Shown piece after piece: positions 49,245 through 63,549 of a stretch of DNA of 64,000 nucleotides; the stretch's first letter is position 1; each line of letters opens with the position of its first letter. Origin of the DNA: Okamejei kenojei (Eukaryota); contig CM069159.1 in NCBI GenBank assembly GCA_035221665.1, forward strand, positions 23,870,001 through 23,934,000, written 5' to 3'. The notes beneath the pieces are model-generated. The model was given only the letters and a program-made list of their open reading frames with translations. It was not told the origin of the DNA and searched no databases. The position numbers and the translations under genes were made by a program.

Positions 49245-50185
49245 GACAGCAAACAGCTGCTATACCATAATCTTGGCACAGCAATACCAAGCAAAAGAGC
49301 ACTTCATCCCATCAAAGTTTATCTACATCATGTATGAGCCATCTGCCTTGCGGTTCTCATCACTAGATACTCGTCCCTAGCAGCAGCGTGGAAGCAATCT
49401 CATTATTCAGGGATGGTGGATATCACATATTCAAGATTTTTGCGGGTATGTCTCTTGGACAGATCAGCTATTTGATCTTGTGTTTTAATATTGGCTAATC
49501 AATGTACATCTTTTGTGGTATTTTATTTGTAGACACATATTTGCTTCTTCAAACCATACAGTGTGGCTGTTATAATCATAGAAATCAGTAACCATGATTT
49601 TGTTCAAAAAATAAAAAGTTTTGCTCTTTTAATATACCAAACAATCTTTGTCACTGAACCCTAAAATCACCCAACAATTGAACATCAGTTGTAAGAAGTG
49701 TATCATTACTGACTTGAACTTGCTGTGATGATTGTAGAATTAAAAGCAGCGGTTGCTTATATTTAATTAACCGTGGCATCATGTAGGTCAATACTGTCTT
49801 GCTTGATACATTTTAATAACCTGTGTTATTGTGTGTGAAAAAATGAGTTTGCTTAATGCAGATCACACCAATGATCAAAATGCAATTGCACATTTAAAGC
49901 AGAACATTTACCAGCTGGATACAGTTCAGCCTGCAAACAAATCAATAAAAATGAAAAGCTCATAAGACTGAAAGACCCACAAACACACAATATAAACTTT
50001 GTATTCAAAAGGACAAAATGTTAACTGATTAAAAAAAACAACTTTCATTTCTCTCATGTTTCCAAAAATTCAAACCACATTTGCAGAGAAATGAATAAAT
50101 ATCTTTCAGTGAAGTCTTTTTTCATGGAGTGTTAAAGTCCCAGTGTAAAAGTCTCCATGTACTGATAGCTATTATGTTTAATGGT

Positions 50186-53100
50186 TTACATATCCTCCAC
50201 GCTCCATTTGTACGCTATCTCTTGCATTGCTTTCTTTTCAGCCTGTCTGGCATACCGCTTCTTTTCAAACCCATTTGACCTGCAAATTAAAAACAAGTGT
50301 TTTGAGGTTGAAATGACTTCAAATATATTATGTGGCAGCTATCCGTATGGCATATTTTTGTGAAATTCCTTCTCATCCATGCAAATGTGGCTATCAATGG
50401 AGAATGGAATGATTTGCATTAAAAATTTTGAAATCAAGGGTTGCCTCCAATATGCAACAGATGCTTTTGGCCATGTGCAACCTATGATGAGCATTTGTCG
50501 ACACTGAACCTGTACTCGCTGGAGCTTAGAAGAACGAGGGGGGGACCTCATTGAAATGTACATAATAGTGAAAGGCTTGAACAGAGCAGATGTGGAGAGG
50601 ATGTTTCCACTAGTGGGAGAGTCTAAGAATAGAGGTCAAAGCCTCAGAATTAAAGGACGTTCTTTTAGGAAGGAGAAAAGGAGAAATTTATTTAGTCAGA
50701 GGGTGGTGAATCTTTGGAATTATTTGCCACAGAAAGCTATGGAGGCAAAGTCAGTGGATATTTTTAAGGCATTGAAAGATAGATTTTGAGTAGTACAGGT
50801 ATCAGAGATTATGGGGAGAAGATTTTGGTACCCGGCAGGATTAGATGAAAATAACTCTTTTTTTAAAATTTGTATACATGTCTCTATTGATATCACTATT
50901 TGGAATTGTGTTATTCACTATTAAGATGTATACTATAATCTCTTTTATATATATATATATAAAAGAGATTATATATATGTCTTTTATATATAAAGAATAA
51001 GAATATATACATATATATATTTTTTCTCTCTCTTCAATCAAAATTATTATTTAATCACTATTCTTACTGATTAAAATCTATTCTTTTCTTTTTCTACTTT
51101 CTAAAAAAATAGAAGTTTATAAGAATTATTCGTAACATTCGTATACTTATTGAAATAAGTTGGTTGTGTATTTGAAAAGTTGTTATACCGTTGTTATGAT
51201 GGATTACTTCTAATAAAAATATTATTACAAAAAGAGAAAGATAGATTTTGAGTAGTACAGGTATCAGAGATTATGGGGAGAAGACAGGAGAATGGAGACA
51301 GGAGGAGGGAGAGATAGATCAGCCATGATTGAATGGCGGAGTAGACTTGATGGGCCAAATCGCCTAATTCTGCTCCTATTCCTAATGACCTTATGAATAT
51401 TGATTAGATATAGAGAAGGTTCCTTCTACAATCATCTACAAAACATTGCCTGGGCAGATACAGCAAGTAGTTATTTCAGACATAACGTGCCAATGAAACT
51501 CTTCATTCAATGTTGCTCAGGTAAAATTCAAAATGGACATCTTAGCATCTTAAAATCACAAATGAATGGTGAAATACTGGCATTTGTTTTGAACTGGGCT
51601 TTCCCAAGAACTGAAACGAGACTGTTGGATGATTTCAGTTTCTGATTCACTGCAATCATTCAAAGAATTAAACTTTTTTTTAAAGTTCCTCCACTAAAAT
51701 CTTGTAAATCATTATCACCTGATCTGTGCTCATGTGATAATTAACCAACCACTACAATTTGTTTAAGTATCCATTTATGAAGGATTCAATTACTCAAAGT
51801 TACTTAAAGCCGACACAGGGTTCAGCTCCAATAAAGCGCTCAGGAATGCCCCCTTCAAAAGTGGGATTGAATTTTAAATCTATGCTCAAAATCTATAATG
51901 AATTAAATAGCTGCAAGTCCTTTCAAACATTTTACAGTACATTGCTGGTGTAGCAAATGAAGCTGTTGATCAGCTGAGGGTACAATAGAGAAATTTTTAC
52001 ACTTAGGACGCTCCATGGACCTGTTTCTCCTGTCCAAGTGTGGTCTCTCTGCTCAGAGTCTCTCCCCTTTCATCTTTTATTTTTCCAATTTAAAAAACCC
52101 TTGAGTCTACCCTGCCACTCAATTTGACCGTGGCAACTTCATTTATGGATCTTTTCTTCATATCCTATGCTATTTGTTTACTTCAATAGACCTTTGGTTT
52201 TAATATTTATGATGTAACTTAACATTCTTTCAGCAGCAGCAGCTTCTGATTCCATTTACACTGTAATTTCTACTGTTATCTGATTATCATGGGCGAAGAC
52301 TGCACATAGTTTAAAAATCTATGAAGGATTAAAACTAAACCACAAAAAATTATTAAAATAGAAACTGAGCATTACCTGTCCAATCCATCCCAGCGGTACC
52401 CAGGGTACAGATTGAACCTGTTGAGAGGTGGTGCAGGACCATTGTATCGTGGCTTCTCTAAAAAGGGAAAGAAAAAAGGATTTAGTCTTTATCCATAGTC
52501 AGAAACCTTATGCTTTCACAGTGCTATGGTTTAAAATCCCCTCAGTTTTGGAACCCCGTCACTTAATCATTTTGCTGAAAACTCACCATTTTTATTCTTG
52601 GCCTCTTTTTCCTTCTTCTTCTTGATTAACCCAGCCATTGGGTCACCATCCCGCTCTTTCTCACGTAGGAGGCGGTCTAAGTCTTCATCATCGATATGTC
52701 GGGCAAGTGGCTTTTGCATCTCACGAACTGCATCCTCTATGTTCTGTCTCTGCTGCTCTTGCTGAGCCAACCTGAAGCAAGTCATGTCAAGAATGAGTAG
52801 GACGAGCACAAAGAAGAGAGCAAAAACAAGAGACTGAGGAAAGGAATTGTGGAATTTGAGGCACAGTCAGGGGGTAAAGAAGCTATGTAAACATGAAATG
52901 TGTCGGGGTGGGGAGAGAGAGCGTTAGGAAGACTGCTTTAAGGAGGGGGAATGCATAACTTTGCAATTGAGGGCAAAGGTTGGGGAAGGAAAAAAAAGAC
53001 GGCTTGAACTTATGATTGGAAGAAAAATGCACGGGGAAAAGGTGCAAAGGGGTAGGAATTGTGTGATTTAAGAGAAAAAGGCAACAAAATAAATCACAAC

Positions 53101-56100
53101 ATATGAATGAAAGATGAAATGTAACAAGAAATTGGGAAGCAGATTGGTAGAGAGGGAAAATGGAGCACAGCTTAAGGTAATTAAGAGAGATGTCAACCTA
53201 TAATCGTAAGGGACTGGAATAGACTAACCAGCTGCTGTGGAACTACTCAACTTTACTGGAGCCCATCTTACTCATTATGTTGATGATGATTTATTAAAGT
53301 TCTGCTGGACTTACCCTTTGCCCCACTGGGCATATTTTTCAAGTTTTATTGCATTCTCCTCGTTCTTCTTCTTCTGTTCAAGCCGTTCCTGATCCAAGTC
53401 CCTCTTTTTCCCCGATTTATCTCGGAACACAGTAGTGGCATTTCTAGCGTCATCTTTAAAATAGTATTGAAAGATGTCAGCATCATCAGGTGGTCTGTAT
53501 TGGGAATTTATAAAACACCTCATCTTGATTACCAGCCACTCCCCACACGGAGTTGACGCACAGGAATTTCAGATTATCGATTACAATATAGTCAGGATTA
53601 TGGACTAGCACATGGCTGGAATGATGTGCAGAAGCATTCTTGGGTTAGTACAGGGTGTTAACAGCTGGGTAAGAGTGAACTATCTATTGTTCCCCTCAGC
53701 TGGGAAATATTACAAAGCACAAGGGTTTGGAAGCAGAGAAACAACATGGAGAAAATCTATTCACTGTAGCCTGCAGCACTGGCTGAAGTTAAAAAAGAGA
53801 ACATAGGTTTGGAACTAACCAAGCATAAGATGTTGGCCCATCAACATTTCTAGCAACAGCACACGCTCTCCAATTATTTCAAGTTTAATGTTAGAAAAAT
53901 ACTCTTTTCTAAATCTTTTCATTTCCTTAAATCCCTGAAGTATGGGAATCATTTGTTCCCTCCTTTTCATGTTTCCTCATCAGAGAGAGACATTTCTCTG
54001 AGAGGTGAACAAGTAATTGGAACCAAGATGGTTGCCACAACTAACCACAAATGTTTATCCAATTTTATTTACTCATGCCATAGAAATTCATTCCCCGTCT
54101 CAAAAATGCTCTGGTGGAATATCTCCTAGCTTCCCTTTTTACTCTCCTGGGGACCATTTTAAATGGATAACAGCGTGTCAAATAATTCATCCATTTTAGA
54201 ATTATTCAATGTCAGAATTCTTCATGTTGTTAAGAGTCCTTCATTAAATTGGCACACTTCTGCTGCAGAGGGAATGCCACAAATCTCTTAATTTTATCAT
54301 ATAATCACTTTTATCCAAACAAACTCTTGCTCCCTTTGACTTTAAATAATAGAGCTGAATACTCTATTTAATAAACTTCTACAAGTGTATGGTGTAAAAC
54401 ACACTGACTGGTTGCATCATGGCCTGGTTCTGAAATTTGAAAGTTCAAGAATGAAGGAAGCTACAGAAAGTGACAGACATTGCACATTCCATCATGGGTA
54501 CTGACTTCCCCACCAATGAAGTGCAACCTCAAGAAGGAAGCCAATATCATCAAAGATCCACACCATCCAGGCCCATTCACTTCTCGTTGCTACCAGCAAG
54601 GTGGTGGTACAGGAGCCAGACAATCATTACATGCAGCTTCAAGAACAGCTTCTTTCCATCAACCATCGGGTTATTGAACCACCCTGCACAATCCTAATCA
54701 TAACCCCACTGAACCACTATGGATTTTACATTACTATGGCAGCTCTATGTATTTTTGCTATTACGCAATCATTATCTCCTTTACTTAGAATAACTGATAG
54801 TTTATCGTATATCTATTGCTGTTGTTGCTACTGTTTCTAATGTGCATATAAAGCTGCAGCAAGTAAGAATTTCATTGTTCCATTTTATATCCAGTGCATA
54901 AGAGAAATAAACACTTAACACATGTGATTTTGGACAATATTTACAGTGACCTAACCTATGTTTTGCACATGTTTATCACATGTATGCACTCTACGATTCC
55001 ATCTTTACATTTTGTTTATTGACCAATATAATCAACTTGCAATTACCCATGAGAATTCTAGAGAGATATATAGAATAAAAGGAAAGATAAAAGCATGAAG
55101 TAATGAGAAAGCAAAAGATAGTAAAGAAAATGAAAGAGGTAACGTGGAGAGAAAGTGTGAAGGAGTAGAGAGAAAGTGAAAAACAAATAACAGGAAAAGA
55201 TTTTAAAAAAAAGATAAAATTGGTCTCAGCATTAACCCTAGAGTTCTTTCACTCCCAGTCTTTAATGTCATTTAAAAATCATAGTTATTAATGTTAGCAA
55301 AGCAGGTTAATTTTTGGGGTTAGGGACAAATTAACTCTCGTATTATTGAGCCAACAAGTCAGGAAATCCTACACTCTCTTCCCAATCTATGTTGTATAAA
55401 CTGGGGAAGGGTTAATGAAGCTCAGCATCACTGAGCCATGGGCTGATCTTGACTCTATAAACTTAATACAACGTGCAGGTACTTAAACAAAAGATTAAGT
55501 GAAGTAACGGGCTCCATGTTGATGCCTCCACAGTTGTTGATACCTTGCTTATGCTTGTGGCAGAATTATAGAGACCTTCAGAATCAGCATTTTCAGGGGG
55601 GAAAAAAGTTCCAAATTAATGTGTAACACTACAACTGCTAGGAGATCCCTCAAGCTGCATCGATACCTGCTAAGTGCTCGGCTGCTCGGTCCCTTTTCCT
55701 CCGGTCCTCTTTCTCTTTCCTTAATGTATCTGTCGATACCAGACCAGCCTTACCCCCAGATAGCATCTCATTCCCTTGTGACTGAAACACAAGATTTTGT
55801 AAGTTCATCTGTTTTTTATGTTAGTAACTTAAAGACAGCAAGATTAAGAACCACCAATGGCCACATTCAACAGATTAATTATGTTTTAAAGGCCAAATGT
55901 TCCTCTTTCCACCCTCTGCCATTAGTTTTCAGCTGTAAATGGTTTGTTTGAGATATTGCATGTTTTGGATGAATATGAAATTCCCATTAATTCAATTACT
56001 AGAAGAAATGTCTACCGTGACAATTTCAAAAATGAGTGGTATTCCATCTTAAACACTTTTGGAGTTTTGTGCAATCCCATACAGATTATTTATGGCCAAT

Positions 56101-59100
56101 CAGCGCGACTGGTCTATGCTGGTGCTTACATTCCATACTGGCCCCTTATTATTCAACACACAATGTCATTATTATTCTAATTCTGTGGCCTAATTCTGCT
56201 CCTATGTTTAAGGGTCTATAAGTCCTCCTAGTGGTTGTGAGTGGTACTTTCAGCATAAAGAAGTTTCTTGTGAATTCTCAATCTGATTTATAAGTAACAG
56301 GTATCAAATCAAGTGGAAATATTTGACTTCACATATAATTTACAAACCAGGGTTGTTGAAAATGTGGCCAATGGCGACTCTTGGATTGAACCCCGAAAGG
56401 GCCACCACTGTGAATATTATCAAGTACCACTACAGAGTTGTGGACAACTTGTACAAGGGAGAGGTGTTGTTGTGGTGGCATGTTGGAGAGAAGATCATTG
56501 GTGAAGTGGGGGCTTCTGCGAGACGATTGCTGGAAACAGGACTGCAGAGGAATGATGATGGTTGAAGGGAATGTGAGGATGTGGAAAGATATGGGTGATG
56601 AGAAATTGATGGAAATGGTGGAGTTTGTGATCAGGAAGATAAATTGGAGGGAGTTATCCATTACCATGTAAAACTAAAGGAGGTACTTATTTGGCGATTC
56701 ATTACATGGACTCTTTGGAAGTAAGCAAAGGGTGAAAATCTTTAGCATTTGTTCAAGCAGGCCTCAGCCTTCCTATTTGGACATTCTTTGGTGTTCATAT
56801 GTACAGATTTGTAGCACAAAAAAAAAATAAGACTTCGGTTGACCTGAAAATGGCCAAATGTTGATCACGCTTGTTATACAATCTTTCATAATGTAAGATT
56901 TATGTGAGTTCAAACCTGTCTTCGCTTTCCAAAGAAAACAGCTTTCTTTCTTTCACTTCACTATCATAAAACCCTATCCAATATAACAAAAATCGTGTGT
57001 GTGTGTGTGTGTGTGTGGGGGGGGGGGGTGTGCAAACATTTACAAATCCAAGCGAAAAATTGCTTCTCAGCTGTCTTAACTTGGAGACTCGTTATTCCAA
57101 AACCTCTAGTTCTAGGGGATTGTCTCAGCATCTACCTTATCAAATCTTTTTCAAAATGTTGTCTTACTAAGATCATCTCTCATTCTTCCAAACACACAGG
57201 TATTCGTCCAACCTGTTCAACCTTCCCTCATCAAACAACTCAACTTCTAGAATCAACCTCATGAGCATCATTTGAATTTCCTCCAGACATGATATAGATC
57301 CTTAAGAAAATCAAAACGGTAGACTGAGCTCCAGGTGTAGCATTGCAACTGTAGCCTTCCCGACAACATTCTTCCTTTAGGAGAGAAAAGTGAAAGAGAA
57401 ATATATTCCAAGCGTTTCAGGGCCAGACCTTGGCCCTTAGGCTCCTGATTATACATCAGCCAGATCAAAATAAGTCGAATGCAAACTATGTCAGTAGATC
57501 CAATATAGAGAACAGCATTTACAAAAACAAGGGGATGTTGGGGCAGAGGGGAAGGGGAATATTTGATGGATTCCTACCCTGGTGTACCTTGCCATCTACA
57601 TTCCTGTTCAATTAACTGCACAGGGCAATATCAACATGACTTACACAAAAATGCTTTAGAAGGGAAATAAATCCAATTCAATACTGCCGAGCTCCAAACT
57701 AGTTATCTACAAAGTCTCCTTTATAGACCATATTTGGTCCTCCCAAAGTGCTCCAAAGCAGCAAACAATATTGGGAGGAACTCACATAGGAATGTCAAGA
57801 CTGACATGACCTGCCTACTGCTCTGCAGGCTATTACTACATCATACCAGTAGATCAGCACTTGGTCCTACCTTCGTGCTCGGACTTGAGTCTCGACTGAC
57901 AACTTGGCCCCTTGAGGAAGCTTGCTTATGGGTGCGCTGCCTCTGCTGAGTAGGCGATGGGCACGAGTTTCCCGAGCCAGTCCTGTAGTCTGAGGTTTGA
58001 ATCTCCACCTTCCTGCGTGGTGGCGACAGGTCTGAGTCAGAAGAATGCTGACCACCCTTTCGTGGGGGTGACAGGTCAGAATCAGAATCCTTTGCGTTCC
58101 ATCGAGATCCTCTTGCTCTTCTGTCCTTGTCTCTCTTTGGGGACAATGCTAGGTAAGAAAGATTTTCACAATCAAAAATCAGAATTTTTAAATATATAAT
58201 TCTGCAAAACCAGGCACAAACCAGCAACATCTAGACCTCAAGGTGGAAGCCTCGGCCACCCAGGAGATGGAGCAGGTAGTTCATTAACTATTTTGATGAC
58301 TTTACATTCAAGTTGCATTAAACTTAGCCTTCTTATAATTATTTGTTCGAACTGTATAGTGCGAGTTTATACTGCATCTAATTTTTGCTGCATCTTTACT
58401 TGAGTTGATAGCAAAGGTTAAAAGTGGGAGTTGCGTTGCAGTTTTTTTCAATCCAATTCCCCATCTCCTGTTTTCTCTGGGAATTATACTTTATGGGTTG
58501 GAGATAGGTTAAAGTCAAAACAGTTGTTTGCATTTCCAGATGATGAAAGATTTGAGGAATCATGTATTTTTTCTGCTAGGGGAAAGGTCAGGGAGATAAT
58601 ACATACTCTTTCCATGTGACAAGTCTGTTGATCTGATTGATTTTTCTGAGTTTTTCTTCCTTGGAGGTGAAAGGTCGGGCGAATCATGACGTAATTTCCG
58701 CGGAGGTGAAAGGTCAGGAGAATCGTGGCGTCCCTTCCGAAGAGGTGAAAGGTCAGGGGAATCATGCCTTCCCTTCCTAAGAGGTGAAAGGTCAGGAGAA
58801 TCATGCCGTCCCCTCCGAGATGGTGAAAGGTCAGGAGAATCAGTCCACCTGTCCGGAACAGGTGAAGCACCTGATGAATCATGGCGTTGTCTTCTGGCCG
58901 CTGAGTGGTCAGGTGAAACTGCTCCCATTTTTTTCTTAGAATGCTGAGAACCACAATTCATCTCCTTTTCTGGTAGAGAATCAAAACCTGGTAATGAACT
59001 AAAAGAAAAACACACATTCGTGTATCAAAAAATACAGGGTCTTGATTCAATAACAGTATGTCAGCACTTTTATTCACTACTTTAATTATCTACACAATAC

Positions 59101-60851
59101 TTTATATTAGAGTTTGGCTGTTAAGCAAGTGTACAGGGTGTAAAGGCAACACGTCTCTATCCACTGCACAAGTGATATGTTTGCTTCAATTCCATCATTA
59201 GAAGTCTTGCCTTCAAACATCCAAATCCTAAGCAAGAATTCTCTCTGCAATCAATTTCAGTCCTCCCTCGCCTTCAAAAAGAATATTGAAACCTAATTAT
59301 TTTATCAAGGATTTAATCATCCACCCTTTCATTTCTTTATCATGGTTTTATAAAGCTCCTGTGAACCATCTTGAGTTGTCCGGTGTTGTGAAAATGCAAG
59401 TTGGTATGCTCATAAAACCCCAAACTGTAGGTTAATCAATCTATTGTAAACATGCCCAAAGAAGGGCAGTGAATGAAAACTGTGATATACCCATTTGAAG
59501 AATCAGCAAATTACTATAAATGCCTGCTGCACCGAAATAGACCATCTGACTGCTAATGGTATTTATGCTCCAAATCTTCTCCTACCATCTACCTTCCAGC
59601 ACATTCTTCAGCTTGTTTCTCCCAAGTGTGTATATCGAGCTTCCTCTGAAAATAATCTACTCTATGTACCTCTTTGCTGACTTTTCTGATTTCTTTTGAA
59701 TATTTTAGCTTCATCTTATTTTTCATGATCTTTAGTCATGCATTTCCTCTTCCAACATTATTTATGATATCTAATGGCTCCAAAATTGGAGGTTTCCTTA
59801 TAGGAATTAAAGCAAGTATTAGATACATCAATAATAGACAAAAGAGCAGCGTCCAGCAATTCAAACTTACCTGCCAGTTTGTGTTTGTAAAAACAGGTCT
59901 GAGCCCTGTGAGTCTGTATTTTCATCTAAAAGAAAACACAAAAGCATTAATTGCCCTTATAGCAGGCTTGTGCTCCCCTAATACTTCTTATTAATGGAGA
60001 CACAAGAGTCTGCTTATGCTGGAATCTAGGGTAAATCACAAACTGCTGTAGGAATTCAGCGGGTCAGGCAGCATCTGTCGAGGGAAATGGCCAGATGGCA
60101 TTTTGGATGAAGATGCTTCTTCAGTTGAAGGGCCCAACATGAAAAGTCATCAATCCATTTCCCACCGTGGACACTGCCTGTCCTGCTGAGTTCCACAGCA
60201 GTTTTGTTTATTACTTCCTTTTAATGGTATTTTATATATTGATAAAGGTTAACTATCGGTGTCTCCTATCGGTGTCTCTATTGTCAATTTTCCTGAACTG
60301 AGGGGTGTGTGTTGCGGGGAAGCAAGGAAATCACTAGAATTCACCTGGCAATTTAAACATATGTGGCACTGAATTCAAATTCACTATAACCTAAAGGTGA
60401 GTATTTAATAAAGTCTTCAAACAAAATGATGGGGAAACACCGTGGTGCTCCAGCTCCAATTACCCGGTTCAATCTTTTACCACAAGAGAGCAGCCATCAA
60501 ACCAGGTCTATTTGTGATCAGGACTCCAAAGTAACATGTTCAATTCTGAATGGCCCTTTGAAGTAGCCCAACACAGTATTTGGTTCAGGATGGCCCATTA
60601 ATACTTTGGTACCCGGGAGTGGGTAACAGATTCTGACCATGGCAGCAATGTTGACATTTCAATAATGCATTCAAAAGGGACGCTGTTGCTTTTGACAGGA
60701 TTTCAAAATCCACCATGACACTGATATACAATAATTCATAAAAGTTGACATCATGATTTTACCACATACCGCCTAAAACTTTCCACTTGCTGGATCGAAA
60801 TTCTTCCATTTGTTGGATGATTACAGGTCTCTCATCAATTAATTCTGCAAT
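50186..60851 (-). CDS. BUD13: BUD13 homolog (RES splicing complex), 3' nine coding exons; 5' exons beyond the window
   Basis: Exons 60770-60851, 59871-59925, 58607-58998, 57871-58148, 55667-55781, 53315-53453, 52587-52771, 52376-52457, 50186-50279, all phase-consistent. Diagnostic peptides [63 protein letters not shown]. Confidence 0.96.
50510..51395 (+). mobile_element. CR1 LINE 3' end split by a 413-bp AT-rich insert flanked by a 49-bp direct repeat
   Basis: CR1 motifs on both sides; identical repeat at 50774-50822 and 51236-51284. Confidence 0.8.
54370..54920 (+). mobile_element. Degenerate Rex1/Babar-like LINE 3' end
   Basis: [15 protein letters not shown]...[15 protein letters not shown]. 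Confidence 0.75.
56995..57028. repeat. (GT)n microsatellite followed by poly-G
   Basis: Direct reading. Confidence 0.9.
58660..58886 (-). repeat. Coding 39-bp (13-aa [13 protein letters not shown]) tandem repeat in BUD13
   Basis: aaaggtc recurs at 58670, 58709, 58748, 58787 and 58826 (period 39). Confidence 0.9.
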
Positions 60852-61254
60852 CTAAGAAAGAAGGCTTGGAATGAACATGAAATAATATAAAGAAGGGTCT
60901 CGACCCGAAATGTCGCCTATCTCCTTCGCTCCTTAGATGCTGCTGCACCCGCTGAGTTTCTCCAGCTTTTTGTGTACCCATGAAATAATATAACATTGAC
61001 TTTCAGTAACATAATTCTTTAATGTAGTAAAATGCTCCAAAACATTTCACAGGAATGTCACCAAAATATCTGGCACCAAGCTGAAAATAAATATTAGGAA
61101 AGATGGGGAAAGACTTTGCTTAAAGAGGTAAGTGTTAATGATTTTTTTTTAGGAGAAAGGTTTAGAAAATAAATGCCAGACCCTACAGACTATCTGATGA
61201 GAGCACAGCTGCCCATACAAGATTTACATGAGAAAATAACTTATTTTAGAAGTT

Positions 61255-61815
61255 CAGAAGATTACGGAGAGTCGGTCTGTCAAGGAGGACTCTCTCTAAC
61301 TTCTACAGGTGCACAGTAGAGAGCTTGCTGACCGGTTGCATCGTGGCTTGGTTCGGCAACTTGAGTGCCCTGGAGAGAAAAAGACTACAAAAAGTAGTAA
61401 ACACTGCCCAGTCCATCATCGACTCTGACCTTCCTTCCATCGAGGGGATCTACCACAGTCGCTGCCTCAAAAAGGCTGGCAGCATCATCAAGGACCCACA
61501 CCACCCTGGCCACACACTCATCTCCCTGCTACCTTCGGGTAGAAGGTACAGGAGCCTGAGAACTGCAACGACCCGGATCAGGAATAGCTACTTCCCCACA
61601 GCCATCAGGCTGTTAAACCTGGCTCGGACAAAACTCTGAACATTAATACCCCTCCATCTGTTATTTGCACTTTATTAATTTATTAATTAATGTGTGTATT
61701 TAAGTATATAACTGTAGTCAATGCCTACTATGTTCTGTTGTGCTATGCAAAGAAAGAATTTCATTGTCCTGTCAGGGACACATGACAATAAACTCTTTTG
61801 ATTCTTTTGAACTTG
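61255..61815 (+). mobile_element. Rex1/Babar-like LINE 3' end
   Basis: LTGCIVAWFGN...[32 protein letters not shown]...NSYFPTAIRLLN, then the 3' UTR with aataaa. Confidence 0.85.
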
Positions 61816-63549
61816 AGGAATCAAAAAATAGCTGATACACGTTAACAAAGTGGTAATGGACAAATGGGTGGAAATTAGAATGAATGTGGCAGCATTTTGA
61901 ATCAATTCAAGTTTATGGAGGGCACAAAGTTATCCAGGAAAATATAGAAATTGATGATTCTGAAGGTTAAAAAAAGTATCAATTTCTGAAGTTTAAAAAA
62001 TAATCAATGAGAATTTCAACAGTAGATGGGTTGAGGCATAGTAGAAACAAGCAATTTTGCAAAGGTGAAATTAGTTGTTATATCAGACGTTATGTAAGGT
62101 ATGCTCCCTACACAAAAAAAGTCTTGCTACATCCCTTTCTCATCTGAGTCTGCTGGACTTGCAAGAACTCCAGTGCCCTACATGGCATTGCAATGGCAAT
62201 CAGATGCTGGGAGATATAATGCCGTTGAGTAGTAACGTTACAATCCCCATGATCAGTGGTGCTCTAGATCTGCCCACTGCCTGTGCGTGCGACTCAAGAG
62301 GCTGTTGGGCGGGGGGGTGAGTAAAATGCAGGTTTTTCATTGGTTGTCAGGGAGGGATTTCCTCATACGACAAACTTATGATGTAGAGGAAATCTCGTTC
62401 TGTCATCCCGTGCGTGTTTTGTTTTTTTTATGTTGCTATTGGATCGCTGGATTTGAAAGTCGGGCTCAACTTCAACACCTTCCAAATCACACAATCAAGT
62501 TCAGGACAAAACAAAAGGCATGTAGGACGTTTAGTTAGCATCTTATCTAGTTTTTGGTGTAATTTCATTTAGATCTGATGATGCAAAATAAGTTATTTTG
62601 GCCCCGATGTCTGTAGGTACTGTGGACGTATTTAGTCAGATATTAGTATGATAATATTGATCATGGATAGACAATTACACAAAATACGGATACTTTAGAT
62701 GTTCTTATGACATGATTGTTTGAGGATTTTGATCACATGTCTGTGTAAACAGCCCTTGCTCTCGATCACAGCTTTTGTGTTAAGTTAATGGAAAAACAAT
62801 AGGGAACAAGATGCTAATTTCCAAGTATGAAAATGACAATAACGTTTTTAAAGACTGAAGATATGAAAGTGAATTGGGTATCAAATTAAAGGTTTTTTTA
62901 TGCTTTACCCAATGGGATAAAATTACAGGCTTGATTTTTAACCTCAACATTTTGTGACATCCCTACTTTGAGAAGCAAAGCTAACATGTACTGGGACATC
63001 AATCATTGCTACGTTATCATGAATAGCTGCAAGATCAATCAGCACACTTTCTCTTCTGTTGTCAAGTTCATGGCAAATACAAAATGTGCTCCACTTTAGG
63101 GAGTATGCTGAGAAAAATGTGGCACGTCATAACAAGGGCCGGATAATTCACAAACTCAAGGGATTTCCCTACATAAAGAGAAATTAACTTTAAAGGGAAT
63201 CATATCAGGACTATCCAAAAATCCTTTGCAGCTTTCCCATGTGCAAGGCTGACAAATACTAAGGGAATGGATTGTTCATCTGTCCTCTTCCCAAGGGATT
63301 GATATCAGGAGGAGTGGATAAAGCAGAGATGGAGTGTGCATAGAGGATCATTTTTGCCACAAGAAGCCATGGTTACCAGTTGAAACAATTCCAGGATAGT
63401 ATAAAACAAAGGCACAACATAAATAATAAAATATTATTGTATTGAATTTGCTCCAACACATCTCAGGTAATTTTATACATCATCTCAATTCACTAAAATA
63501 AAACAATCCTTCTCTTGCCTTTCGTCATTTTGCTCTCAACCATACAAGA

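Noticed and set aside
58660-58886. Regularly spaced repeats resembling a CRISPR array
   Set aside because: In-frame 39-bp coding tandem repeat of BUD13 in a eukaryote; no unique spacers or cas genes.
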